In this document: positions 8,943 through 17,591 of the stretch, in pieces | Position numbering within the stretch: position 1 is the stretch's first letter | Layout of the letters: each line of letters opens with the position of its first letter | Source: Dehalococcoidia bacterium | Lineage (GTDB): Bacteria > Chloroflexota > Dehalococcoidia > Lucifugimonadales > JAAXIE01 | Length of the DNA: 64,000 nt | NCBI GenBank assembly: GCA_965197805.1 | Contig: OZ240229.1 | Coordinates: 3,589,039 to 3,653,038, forward strand | Direction of reading: 5' to 3' | Made by a program: the position numbers and the translations under genes | The notes under the pieces: model-generated | What the model was told of the DNA's origin: nothing | The model's input: the letters and a program-made list of their open reading frames with translations, nothing else | The model's database searches: none

Positions 8943-9204
8943 TGCCCCCCACTGTCGGCAATCGCGGGTCAGCTATCGCGCTCGCGTCCCACTGTAGCGG
9001 CCACCCCCACCATATCCAATAGCCCGTGAGAGGAAACAGGGCAAGGCCATTGCTCCGAGTGTATTTGCGGCGCGTTCCGGGTGTCAATGAAGGCGCGTCA
9101 CTCAGGGCTACTGACCCTACGTTTACAACCAACCCCGCTTATGCTACAACCCAACGAATAGATGGCATCCGTCGATACAAGTCGGCTGCCCCGGAGGTTT
9201 GCGC

Positions 9205-11154
9205 ATGGCGGAACAGCCTGCCAGCATCGAAGCCCTGTTGGAGGAGGACCGAGTCTTTCCTCCCTCCCCCGAATTCGTACGACAGGCCAACATCAACGAC
9301 CCTGGAGTATATGAAGAGGCGGAGCGTGATTTCGAGGGCTTCTGGGCCCGCTTCGCCGACGAGCTGAGCTGGTTTCGTAAGTGGGACAGCGTGCTGGAGT
9401 GGGACCCGCCCCATGCCAAGTGGTTTGTGGGGGCCAAGACAAATGTCTCCTACAACTGCGTCGACCGCCACCTTGCCACCAGGCGCAACAAGGCGGCCAT
9501 CGTGTGGGAGGGCGAGCCCGGCGACTGGAAGGTCTACACCTACTGGGACCTCTACCGCGAGGTCTGCCAGTTCGCCAACGTTCTCAAGAGCTTGGGCGTG
9601 GCCAAGGGCGACCGTGTGACCATCTACCTGCCCATGGTGCCCGAGTTGCCCATCGCCATGCTGGCCTGCACCCGAATCGGCGCAGCTCACAGCGTCATAT
9701 TCGGTGGCTTCAGCCCCGACTCCATACGCGACCGCATCGAGGACTCCCAGTCCAAGCTGCTGATTACCTCCGACGGAGGGTTTCGCCGGGGCAACATCCT
9801 TCCTTTGAAGCGGAACTGCGACGAGGCTATCACCGGCGACACCACCATCGAGCAGGTGGTGGTGGTACGACGCACCGGCCACGCCGACGACCTGATGCAG
9901 GCCGGACGCGACCGCTGGTGGCACGACCTGATGCAGGGCGCATCCCAGAAGTGCGAACCGGAACCCATGGATGCCGAGGACATGCTCTACATGCTTTACA
10001 CCTCAGGCACTACGGGCAAACCCAAGGGCATCGTCCACACCACAGCCGGATACATGGTGGGGACTTATGCCACTGCGAAATGGATATTCGACCTCAAGGA
10101 AGACGACGTCTACTGGTGCACTGCCGACATTGGGTGGGTCACTGGGCACAGCTACATCGTCTACGGCCCCCTCTCCAACGGGGCCACCACTGTGATGTAC
10201 GAGGGCTCTCCCGACTTCCCTGACCGCGACCGCTGGTGGTCTATCATCGAGAAGTACGGCTGCACCATCTGCTACACCGCTCCCACCGCCATACGCACCT
10301 GCATGCGCTGGGGCGAGGAGTACCCACAGAGACACGACCTCTCCAGCCTCCGACTTCTGGGCTCGGTGGGCGAACCAATCAATCCTGAAGCCTGGATCTG
10401 GTACCGGAAGAACATCGGGGCCGACCGCGTTCCTGTGGTGGATACTTGGTGGCAGACCGAGACGGGCATGATACTCATCGCCCCCCTTCCCGGCATAACT
10501 ACCCTCAAGCCGGGCTCGGCCACCCGCCCCTTCCCTGGGGTGCTGGCCGATGTGGTGGACGAAGCAGGAAACTCGGTCGGCCTTGGGTCTGGTGGATACC
10601 TTGTGCTCAAGCGACCGTGGCCTGCCATGCTGCGCACCATTTACGGAGACCCGGACCGTTATGTAGAGCAGTACTGGGCGCGTTACCCCAACATCTACTT
10701 CACCGCCGACGGCTCCAAGCGGGATGCCGACGGCGATTTCTGGCTGTTGGGCCGCGTGGACGACGTCATCAACGTATCGGGCCACCGCATCAGCACCATG
10801 GAAGTGGAGAGCGCTCTCGTCGACCACCACACCGTGGCCGAGTCTGCCTCCATCGGCAAGAGCCACGAAATCAAGGGTCAGGCTGTCGTCTCCTTCGTCA
10901 CCCTCAAGGAGGGCATTGACGGCACCGACGATCTGATGAACGAGTTGAAGCGCCATGTGGCCACCAAGATCGGGTCCATGGCCCGACCCGACGACATTTT
11001 CTTCACTGCCGAGCTTCCCAAGACCCGCAGTGGCAAGATCATGAGGCGCCTGCTGCGGGACGTGGCTGAAGGCCGGGCCTTGGGCGACACCACCACCCTC
11101 GCTGATCCAGGCGTGGTGGAAGCCCTAAAAGAGCAGTACGGCGACGAAGAGTAA
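9205..11154 (+). CDS. acs: Acetyl-CoA synthetase (AMP-forming)
   Basis: [14 protein letters not shown]-binding motif and full-length Acs collinearity. ATG 9205 has GGAGG 7 nt upstream. The ORF track starts at TTG 9199. Confidence 0.95.
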   Translation: MAEQPASIEALLEEDRVFPPSPEFVRQANINDPGVYEEAERDFEGFWARFADELSWFRKWDSVLEWDPPHAKWFVGAKTNVSYNCVDRHLATRRNKAAIVWEGEPGDWKVYTYWDLYREVCQFANVLKSLGVAKGDRVTIYLPMVPELPIAMLACTRIGAAHSVIFGGFSPDSIRDRIEDSQSKLLITSDGGFRRGNILPLKRNCDEAITGDTTIEQVVVVRRTGHADDLMQAGRDRWWHDLMQGASQKCEPEPMDAEDMLYMLYTSGTTGKPKGIVHTTAGYMVGTYATAKWIFDLKEDDVYWCTADIGWVTGHSYIVYGPLSNGATTVMYEGSPDFPDRDRWWSIIEKYGCTICYTAPTAIRTCMRWGEEYPQRHDLSSLRLLGSVGEPINPEAWIWYRKNIGADRVPVVDTWWQTETGMILIAPLPGITTLKPGSATRPFPGVLADVVDEAGNSVGLGSGGYLVLKRPWPAMLRTIYGDPDRYVEQYWARYPNIYFTADGSKRDADGDFWLLGRVDDVINVSGHRISTMEVESALVDHHTVAESASIGKSHEIKGQAVVSFVTLKEGIDGTDDLMNELKRHVATKIGSMARPDDIFFTAELPKTRSGKIMRRLLRDVAEGRALGDTTTLADPGVVEALKEQYGDEE

Positions 11155-11217
11155 GCCCCTTCCCACTACCCATAATTGCCATGAAAATGGGATCAAAGGA
11201 GTCGGCCGGACCGAAAG

Positions 11218-11258
11218 TCCCTTCCCCCTAAGGGGGAAGGTTAGGATGGGGGTGGGTG
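11218..11258. repeat. GC-rich palindromic intergenic element (REP-like), copy 2
   Basis: TCCCTTCCCCCTAAGGGGGAAGG hairpin followed by TTAGGATGGGGGTGGG, the same hairpin-plus-GGTTAGG-tail layout as the other copies. Confidence 0.6.
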
Positions 11259-11363
11259 GACAATCGGCCTTTATCCTCGTACGTCGCCTTCACAAGACCT
11301 AGGCAATTCGTGTGGAGACCGGAATTCAGACGCCGACCAGCGACCAAACTAGGAGGTTAAGCC

Positions 11364-12047
11364 CTGGAAGTCGCCTCTCTACCCCTCAGCACCAACTGGA
11401 GCATCAACCGGGAGGAACTCCTCTCCCGGGACCACTTTCGCCGCCAAGACGAAAATGATGACCCTCTGTTCTACCAGCAGCCCCGTCTCTTGGTGCATAT
11501 AGACGACGGGGCCATCGCCGCCGTCTCCCACCTGCTGGGCCAACTCATACCGCCGGACTCCGAAGTTCTGGACCTGTTCAGCAGCTATCGCTCCCACTGG
11601 CCCAAGGACCATCCCAAGAAGAGTATGGTGGGCTTGGGCCTGAACGCGGTGGAGATGGAACACAACCACGACTTGGACGAGCACGTCGTCCAAGATGCCA
11701 ACGAGGACACCACGCTCCCCTTTGCCGACGCCAGCTTCGACGCGGTGATCATCACCGTCTCCATGCAGTACATCACCCATCCAGTGGAGACCTTCCGCGA
11801 AGTGAATCGCATACTGCGCCCAGGCGGCCGCTTCCTTGTTCTCTACTCCAACCGCATGTTCCACACCAAGGCGGTTTACATTTGGATGGTCTGCAACGAC
11901 CAGCAACGGGGCTGCCTAGTCGCCACCTACCTAGAGGAGGCAGGCAACTACACCGAACCCGAAGGCTTCTACGTCCCGCCCCAACCCGGCGACCACGGAG
12001 AGGGGTCCGACCCCATCTTCGCCGTGCTGGCCAGCAAGGCCGAATAG
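11364..12047 (+). CDS. Class I SAM-dependent methyltransferase (Methyltransf_11-like); start codon uncertain, possibly CTG
   Basis: Conserved ...DPLFYQQPRLLVHIDDGAI...VLDL...FDAVIITVSMQYI...LRPGGRFLV. Homology clearly extends upstream of the TTG at 11490. The only start-like codon after the stop at 11358 is CTG 11364, 7 nt after AGGAGG (11351-11356). Confidence 0.7.
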   Translation: MEVASLPLSTNWSINREELLSRDHFRRQDENDDPLFYQQPRLLVHIDDGAIAAVSHLLGQLIPPDSEVLDLFSSYRSHWPKDHPKKSMVGLGLNAVEMEHNHDLDEHVVQDANEDTTLPFADASFDAVIITVSMQYITHPVETFREVNRILRPGGRFLVLYSNRMFHTKAVYIWMVCNDQQRGCLVATYLEEAGNYTEPEGFYVPPQPGDHGEGSDPIFAVLASKAE

Positions 12048-12189
12048 CGAAGTCGACACTCCAAGCATGCCAACGAACGCGAGAAGACGTTGATGCGCCC
12101 ATATGTGTGGATGCAGAATTCTTGCTACAATGTCGACGAGGCTCCAAGGCCTCTCGGAATGAGATGATTGAAGCCTAAGGAGGAATTGC

Positions 12190-12462
12190 GTGGCTACCGT
12201 TGAGCGGCGGACCATTCCAGTCCGCTACCTCTCCCATGAAGAAGCACTGGCGGAATCCGAGGCCAAGCTACGCGTATACGAGCACCGCTACGAGATGTCC
12301 AGCGAAAAAATGGCCACCCTCCTCGAACTGGACGCAATCCGCCCCACCGCCGAGGTGCTTAAGTGGTACGTGGCCTATCAAGGGCTTCTCTTAATCCGCA
12401 AAAAGACCCCCACGACTGGAACTCCTGGGACCACTACCTCAACATCCACGAAACCCGACTGA
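12190..12462 (+). CDS. Small protein, putative antitoxin partner of the TumE-like gene
   Basis: GTG start 6 nt after AAGGAGG. Reads RYEMSSEKMATLLELDAIRPTAEVLKWY. The C-terminal T/P-rich tail looks like an out-of-frame reading of the next gene. Confidence 0.5.
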   Translation: MATVERRTIPVRYLSHEEALAESEAKLRVYEHRYEMSSEKMATLLELDAIRPTAEVLKWYVAYQGLLLIRKKTPTTGTPGTTTSTSTKPD

Positions 12463-12836
12463 GCCAACATCCATTTGTAGTCAGCGAGCCCGATACACTC
12501 TCGTTCGAGCACGAAGCCGGAGATATTATCTCGCTAACCGGCACAGTCTATTGCCGAAAGAACGCGATGCTGGAAGTAGTGAAGGCGTTCGAAACACGGC
12601 GGTCAGGAAACATCCTTCGCGTACGCTGCTACAGCTACGCTTACATCGGTTGGTTGCAGGGAGAACACCTCCTGCTCAAATACCATAACCTACACCGCGA
12701 CCACGACGAATATCACCATCGTATATATAACCCTGCCACCGGAGAAGAGGTCTTCCACGAAGTCCTAGAGCGCCGGCAGTTCCCCACCTTCTCAGAGGTG
12801 CTGGACGAACTACAGATCCTGACCCAAGACGTGTAA
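12363..12836 (+). CDS. TumE-like toxin family protein (DUF6516-like); true start unresolved
   Basis: LLLKYHNLHRDHDEYHHRIY...FPTFSEVLDEL resembles, from memory, the DUF6516 pattern (rYDN.pHh...HHkH...l.evl.ei). Overlaps the upstream ORF by 100 nt in another frame. Confidence 0.5.
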   Translation: MVRGLSRASLNPQKDPHDWNSWDHYLNIHETRLSQHPFVVSEPDTLSFEHEAGDIISLTGTVYCRKNAMLEVVKAFETRRSGNILRVRCYSYAYIGWLQGEHLLLKYHNLHRDHDEYHHRIYNPATGEEVFHEVLERRQFPTFSEVLDELQILTQDV

Positions 12837-12858
12837 GTCTACAAAGAAGGGCCCAACA

Positions 12859-13935
12859 ATGCTAGAACGATTCAAAGTCAAAGACGACCACGCGGTCCGT
12901 GTAGGCCCGGAACCCCTGCGCGAGACCGTGGCGGGAGTCTTCCAGAAGCTGGACGTACCTGCTGAGGACGCCCGGTTGGCGGCTGATGTGCTGGTGACCG
13001 CCGATTTGCGTGGCGTGGACAGCCACGGCGTATCCAACATGCTCCGCAGCTACGTCAATGGGTATAACCGCGGCGAGATTAACCCCAGACCACGGTGGAG
13101 CGTGGTGCGACAGACACCAGCCGCGGCCACCGTTGACTCCGACCGTGGCTTGGGCATCATCATCGCACCCAAGGCCATGGAGTTGGCCATGGACAAGGCC
13201 GACGACACCGGCATCGGCATGGTCACCATCAGCAATGGCCGGCATCTGGGCATGGCCTCTTACCACGCCATGATGGCCCTGCAACGCGACATGATCGGCA
13301 CCTGCATGACCAGCGCGCCCCCGCGAATGGTGCCCACCTTCGGCGCCGAGCCCCGGCTGGGGACGAACCCGATAGCCGTGGCCGCCCCCGCCAAGGAGGA
13401 GCCTCCCTTCGTTTACGATGCTGCTACCACAGTAGTAGCCCAGAACAAGATCGTGTTGGCCCGCAGGCTGGAGGCCATGATTCCGTCTGGCTGGCTGGCG
13501 GCCCCCGACGGGACTCCCATCCTCGACGAGTCCGACGGCAGCGCCGACGGCGGCTTGCTGCCAGTGGGCAGCACCCGCGAGGCTGGCTCCCATAAGGGAT
13601 ATGGCCTAGCCTGCGTGGTGGACATTATGTGCGGCCTGTTATCCGACGGCTCCTTCGGCATGTTCCCCGGCCGCCCCAACTTCAACCACATGGTCTCCGC
13701 CTACAAGATCGAGGCCTTCACCGACACTAACGAGTTCAAAGAGGCCATGGATCGCTTCCTTCGCACCCTGCGCGAAACACCCACCGCGCCCAGCGCTGAC
13801 CGCGTCCTCTTCCCCGGTTTGGCCGAAGCCGAAGCGGAGAGAGACCGCCAAGCCAATGGCATCCCCCTTCACGACGAAGTGGTCACTTGGATACGTGACC
13901 TCTGCGGCGAGTTGGGTGTCGTGTGTCGTCTCTGA
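12859..13935 (+). CDS. Ldh_2-family oxidoreductase (malate/L-lactate/sulfolactate dehydrogenase type 2)
   Basis: LVTADLRGVDSHGVSNML and HKGYGLA motifs typical of the Ldh_2 family. Confidence 0.85.
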   Translation: MLERFKVKDDHAVRVGPEPLRETVAGVFQKLDVPAEDARLAADVLVTADLRGVDSHGVSNMLRSYVNGYNRGEINPRPRWSVVRQTPAAATVDSDRGLGIIIAPKAMELAMDKADDTGIGMVTISNGRHLGMASYHAMMALQRDMIGTCMTSAPPRMVPTFGAEPRLGTNPIAVAAPAKEEPPFVYDAATTVVAQNKIVLARRLEAMIPSGWLAAPDGTPILDESDGSADGGLLPVGSTREAGSHKGYGLACVVDIMCGLLSDGSFGMFPGRPNFNHMVSAYKIEAFTDTNEFKEAMDRFLRTLRETPTAPSADRVLFPGLAEAEAERDRQANGIPLHDEVVTWIRDLCGELGVVCRL

Positions 13936-13954
13936 CGTCAGTGGCATCTCCCTC

Positions 13955-13984
13955 TTGACAGTCCGCGTACAAACGTTCTACTAT
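13955..13984 (+). promoter_or_regulatory. Candidate sigma70-type promoter (TTGACA-18-TACTAT)
   Basis: TTGACA at 13955-13960 and TACTAT at 13979-13984. Confidence 0.4.
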
Positions 13985-13997
13985 CTACTCATGTGCT

Positions 13998-14041
13998 GCG
14001 CCAGGGGACTGACCCCTGAAGGGTCCCTTGGCGTTTTCTTT
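13998..14041 (+). terminator. Conserved hairpin plus T-tract (intrinsic terminator or leader attenuator), copy 1
   Basis: GCGCCAGGGGAC...GTCCCTTGGCG stem followed by TTTTCTTTT. The core AGGGGACTGACCCCTGAAGGGTC (14003-14025) recurs at 58709-58731 with one substitution. Confidence 0.55.
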
Positions 14042-14116
14042 TCAGTCGCCTCTACCCCCTCAGTTAAGAAGGAAAGCTCCGGGAGACCCCACCGACACGT
14101 TCCAGGAGGAACTCCC

Positions 14117-14554
14117 GTGAGCAAGTCAACGCGACACGACACCCAGACGCCCGTCAACGAGATCGCTGACAACGGTACCTATGCCACCTTCCATGCCACT
14201 ACCCGGGCAGCCAAAAAGGAGAAATTCATCCAAGCTCATCACTGGGGTGCCACTGTCGCCGAAGCCGCCCGCTGGGCTGGCATCCCCATGTCCACCCTCT
14301 ACCGCTGGCGCGACAAAGACCCCAAATTCGCGCAGGCCTGGACCGAATCCCGCCGCAAACTCGTTGAGAGTCTCGAGAGGGAAGCCTTCCACCGTGCTGC
14401 CAACGGCAGTGACCGTATGCTCGCTTTACTCCTCAAGTCCTACAAGCCCCGCACCTACAACCAGCGACCATCCGCGCCCCACGACCCGCACCACAGGAGA
14501 AACGACCCTGCTGATGTCGCCAATCTCGTCGAGAGAATTCGTGCCTGGGCCTAA
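14117..14554 (+). CDS. Phage-type HTH protein, terminase-small-subunit-like
   Basis: ATVAEAARWAGIPMSTLYRWRDKDPKFAQAWTESRRKLVESLEREAFHRAANG is the pattern common in phage small terminase/HTH proteins. GTG 14117 has AGGAGGA 7 nt upstream. The longer ORF from 13856 overlaps the Ldh_2 gene. Confidence 0.55.
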   Translation: MSKSTRHDTQTPVNEIADNGTYATFHATTRAAKKEKFIQAHHWGATVAEAARWAGIPMSTLYRWRDKDPKFAQAWTESRRKLVESLEREAFHRAANGSDRMLALLLKSYKPRTYNQRPSAPHDPHHRRNDPADVANLVERIRAWA

Positions 14555-14560
14555 ACTCCC

Positions 14561-14773
14561 ATGCAAAAATGGGAATCCGGTTCAGATACGGCCCAGCTAC
14601 AAGAATGGGAAAATGGGAATCAAAACAGCTACGAAAAACAGCGCGCCAGATACGACTCGATTCCCATTTTGTATCTGGCAATGGGCAATCTACGGGAAGA
14701 GAATGGGAGATATCAGCCACGAAAATGGGAATGAAATGAGAATATCATTCCCATTTCTCGGGAATGGAATGGG
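14561..14773. repeat. Word-array locus A: about ten AATGGGAAT-type words in both orientations
   Basis: AATGGGAAT at 14568, 14612 and 14724. AATGGGAA at 14604. Variants at 14680, 14702, 14735 and 14762. Inverted ATTCCCATT at 14660 and 14747. CAGATAC at 14583 and 14647. CAGCTAC at 14594 and 14626. Inverted repeat GCCAGATAC/GTATCTGGC at 14645-14679. Confidence 0.85.
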
Positions 14774-14783
14774 CCCTCCAACT

Positions 14784-15218
14784 CTACAACGCCTTCCGCA
14801 TCTGGACATGCTCAATACCCGCCTCCATGAACACCTCCCCCTCCTCCACATACCCTTGGCGGCCGTAGAAGGCCTTCACGTAGGTCTGGGCATGGAGCGT
14901 GGCTTGGGTGAGGCCCAAGCGGCGGGCTTCCTGCTCCAGCCGCTCCATGATGATTGTGCCCACCCCAGCACGTCTGTGGGGTAAGTCCACTGCCATGCGC
15001 CCTATCCGCGCCTCACCATCGGGCAGCGCTACCAGCCGTCCCGTGCCTACAGGCAGCGGGCCCAATATGGCAAGGACATGAACGGCAGTGGAGTCGGCCC
15101 CATCCATCTCCTCCTCCACTGGTACGCTCTGCTCGTGGACGAACACGCGGATGCGGATGGCCTTGGCCGCCTCCATCTCGGAGTCGGTTTCCACCAGCTT
15201 GACGGTGACGCTGTCCAA
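14784..15218 (-). CDS. GNAT-family N-acetyltransferase
   Basis: RIGRMAVDLPHRRAGVGTIIMERLEQEARRLG acetyl-CoA binding motif. Start placed at TTG 15218, 12 nt after the upstream gene stop. The longer ORF to 15365 overlaps that gene. Confidence 0.75.
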   Translation of the reverse strand: MDSVTVKLVETDSEMEAAKAIRIRVFVHEQSVPVEEEMDGADSTAVHVLAILGPLPVGTGRLVALPDGEARIGRMAVDLPHRRAGVGTIIMERLEQEARRLGLTQATLHAQTYVKAFYGRQGYVEEGEVFMEAGIEHVQMRKAL

Positions 15219-15229
15219 GGGGACCTGCG

Positions 15230-16468
15230 CTACGAGGAGGCCGCTATCTCGCCGATGGCTGCCGTGGCCTGGGCCACCTCCTCCTCGGTGTTGAAGAAGG
15301 AGAAGGACAGGCGCACCGCAGGCGGGTAGCTTACCTGACGACAGACGATACCGTGTTCGTCCCACATCCGGTCGACGACCCCCGGCGGTTCTGCCCCTTC
15401 AACGGTGAAGGTGACCAGCCCGGAGCGTCCGGGGCCTTCCGAAGGTGAAGTGACCTGTACTCCTGGGATGTCGCCCAGTTGTCGCTTGGAAGCGTCGGAT
15501 AGGCTGAGAATCCGCTCTTCTATTTCCACCGTACCTGCGTCTAGGTTGAACTGCACCGCATCCACGAATCCAGCCCACAGAGGATGACTGGGATTGGTGG
15601 TCGGGAACTTCTCGATGGAGTCCAACTCCGCCTCGTAGTTCCCCAAGTGGTCGTGGAATGATGTGGACCGGCTGGAGACCCGTACAGGCCTGAGTTGCGG
15701 CACCAGATCACGGCGGACGAACAGCCCGCCTGTTCCCGACGGCCCCAGAAGCCACTTCTGGCCGGAGAAAGAGTAGAAATCCGGGTCCAGTTGCCGCATG
15801 TCCAAGGCGATGTGTCCCGCCCCTTGTGCCGAGTCCACCAACATCAGGATGCCGCGATCTTTGGTCAACTTACGTATGCCTTCCGCAGGCATCCGCAGAC
15901 CGGTGGAATATTGTATGTGGGAGAAGAAGACCATGCGCGTCTTGGGCGTTATCGCTGCTTCAATCTGGCGCAGTATGGAATCGTGCTCCTCGGCGGGGGC
16001 GAACTGTAGCACTTTCACCTGGACGCCGAACCGGTGGTTCAGCATCAGCGACGGCACCATCACTGACATGTGTTCCAGTGAACAGACGATGATCTCATCG
16101 CCCTCATTCCAGTCCAACCCGTTGAGGACGATGTTCAGCCCCTCGGTGGTGCTGGAAGTCAGGACGATCTCGTCAGGAGTGGCGTTGATGAGCCTAGCTG
16201 CCTGCTCCTTGGCTTTCACCATGTGCAGGCGGCCTGCGGCGAATACCTCGCGAGTGGTCGGACCGTCGAAGCTCTCGTACTCCATGCATTCCATGACGGC
16301 CTCTACGACGCCTCTGGGCGATGGCCCTTGCCAGCCGGTGTTCAGGTAGGTCAGCCTTTGGCACACCGGTATCTGGGCGCGTATCGCTTCTACGTCCACG
16401 AGAGTCACCTCCTCCAAGTGCCACCCGGCATTGCCGGGGTTTGGGAACGCTCCACAAGCTGGCGCCAT
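15230..16468 (-). CDS. Aminotransferase class V-fold PLP enzyme (cysteine desulfurase / selenocysteine lyase-like)
   Basis: FYSFSGQKWLLGPSGTGGLFV PLP-lysine region and overall class V collinearity. The exact start is uncertain. Confidence 0.8.
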   Translation of the reverse strand: MAPACGAFPNPGNAGWHLEEVTLVDVEAIRAQIPVCQRLTYLNTGWQGPSPRGVVEAVMECMEYESFDGPTTREVFAAGRLHMVKAKEQAARLINATPDEIVLTSSTTEGLNIVLNGLDWNEGDEIIVCSLEHMSVMVPSLMLNHRFGVQVKVLQFAPAEEHDSILRQIEAAITPKTRMVFFSHIQYSTGLRMPAEGIRKLTKDRGILMLVDSAQGAGHIALDMRQLDPDFYSFSGQKWLLGPSGTGGLFVRRDLVPQLRPVRVSSRSTSFHDHLGNYEAELDSIEKFPTTNPSHPLWAGFVDAVQFNLDAGTVEIEERILSLSDASKRQLGDIPGVQVTSPSEGPGRSGLVTFTVEGAEPPGVVDRMWDEHGIVCRQVSYPPAVRLSFSFFNTEEEVAQATAAIGEIAASS

Positions 16469-16577
16469 GATATCACAGGCTCTTGTGCTCCTACCGCGCC
16501 GCGTTGACGGTCTAGTTTGGGCTAGCTACAATCCCTATGCATTATTGAGACGCAATTCGTCATTTATGGGAGGCGTC

Positions 16578-17345
16578 ATGGCCTACGAGACCGTCTTGGT
16601 GGAACGTGATCAGGGAGTGGGCATCATAACCCTGAATCGGCCAGAGGTGCTCAACGCCATGAATTACCAGTTGGTGGGCGACCTCAACGGGGCCATCACC
16701 GAACTGGAAGACGACGATAGCATTGGGGCCATTGTCGTTACCGGCTCAGGCGAGAAGGCTTTCACTGCCGGGGGCGACATCCACGAGCAGCGCTCCGACC
16801 AGCACCGGCCCCCGGAAGAGATGGCCGAACGCAGCGAGATACGGGCCGGATGGTCTTGGCACCTGGCATCCTGCCGCAAGCCCACCATCGGGGCCATGAA
16901 CGGCTTGGCCTACGGTGGAGGCGGAGTGCTGGCAACCTCCCTCGACATGCGCGTTGGCTGCGAGCGCACTGTCTTCCGTTTCCTAGCCGCCGCCTACGGG
17001 CGCCTCAACACCACTTGGACTCTACCCATGATCGTCGGCTGGCCCATCGCGAAAGAGTTGCTAATGACAGGCCGTCATGTGCAGCCTGATGAGGCCTACC
17101 GGCTGGGTCTGCTGAACCATCTCGTACCCGCCGATCAAGTGATGGACAAGGCCATGGAGATTGGCGTTGCCATCGCTGGTCACCGCCCGGAGTCCATTCA
17201 AGGCATCAAGATGATGCTGACCGAGGACATCGGCTCCACTTGGCGGGACATGTGGCACCGCGAGAAGGAATACCTCCGCCAGATGGAGTCTTGGACCATC
17301 GAGCAGTCCTTCACCGATTTCCTCGCCCGCCGCGGCCGCGATTAG
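16578..17345 (+). CDS. Enoyl-CoA hydratase/isomerase (crotonase) family protein
   Basis: ITLNRPEVLNAMN...VVTGSGEKAFTAGGDI...GLAYGGG crotonase motifs. ATG 16578 is preceded by GGAGG. Confidence 0.9.
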   Translation: MAYETVLVERDQGVGIITLNRPEVLNAMNYQLVGDLNGAITELEDDDSIGAIVVTGSGEKAFTAGGDIHEQRSDQHRPPEEMAERSEIRAGWSWHLASCRKPTIGAMNGLAYGGGGVLATSLDMRVGCERTVFRFLAAAYGRLNTTWTLPMIVGWPIAKELLMTGRHVQPDEAYRLGLLNHLVPADQVMDKAMEIGVAIAGHRPESIQGIKMMLTEDIGSTWRDMWHREKEYLRQMESWTIEQSFTDFLARRGRD

Positions 17346-17591
17346 GGCTTCTTGCCAGCGGGGCAAGTGACGGTCACATAGGGGGGCCCGGGGAGCCGAA
17401 CTCTCCCATAGGCGGATCATACGGTCTAGGGAAAGGCTGTGGTCTCTCAAGAATCGCGTGAGGCGAAACTCGCGGGTTCCAGCGTGAGATTTTACGACCC
17501 AGCGTGGCCGACCGACAGGTAGCGAAACCCCGGGTTGCCTCGCCCTTCTCCCGGTTCACTGAGGTCCCGCTTGAATCAGCCCGCTTTGCCC

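Noticed and set aside
13856-14116. The long version of the HTH ORF (13856..14554), which overlaps the Ldh_2 gene end and spans the promoter/hairpin.
   Set aside because: The N-terminal 87 aa have no family resemblance and cover a terminator-like hairpin. GTG 14117 has a strong AGGAGGA RBS.
14117-14554. An intact prophage inferred from the terminase-small-subunit-like gene.
   Set aside because: No large terminase, portal, capsid, tail or integrase genes lie nearby. The flanking genes are ordinary metabolic genes. At most this is a relic.
14561-14773. CRISPR array as an explanation for the repeated words at loci A and B (also 58789-59172).
   Set aside because: The repeat units are only 9-17 bp, occur in both orientations and are irregularly spaced. 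There are no unique spacers of uniform length and no cas genes in the window.
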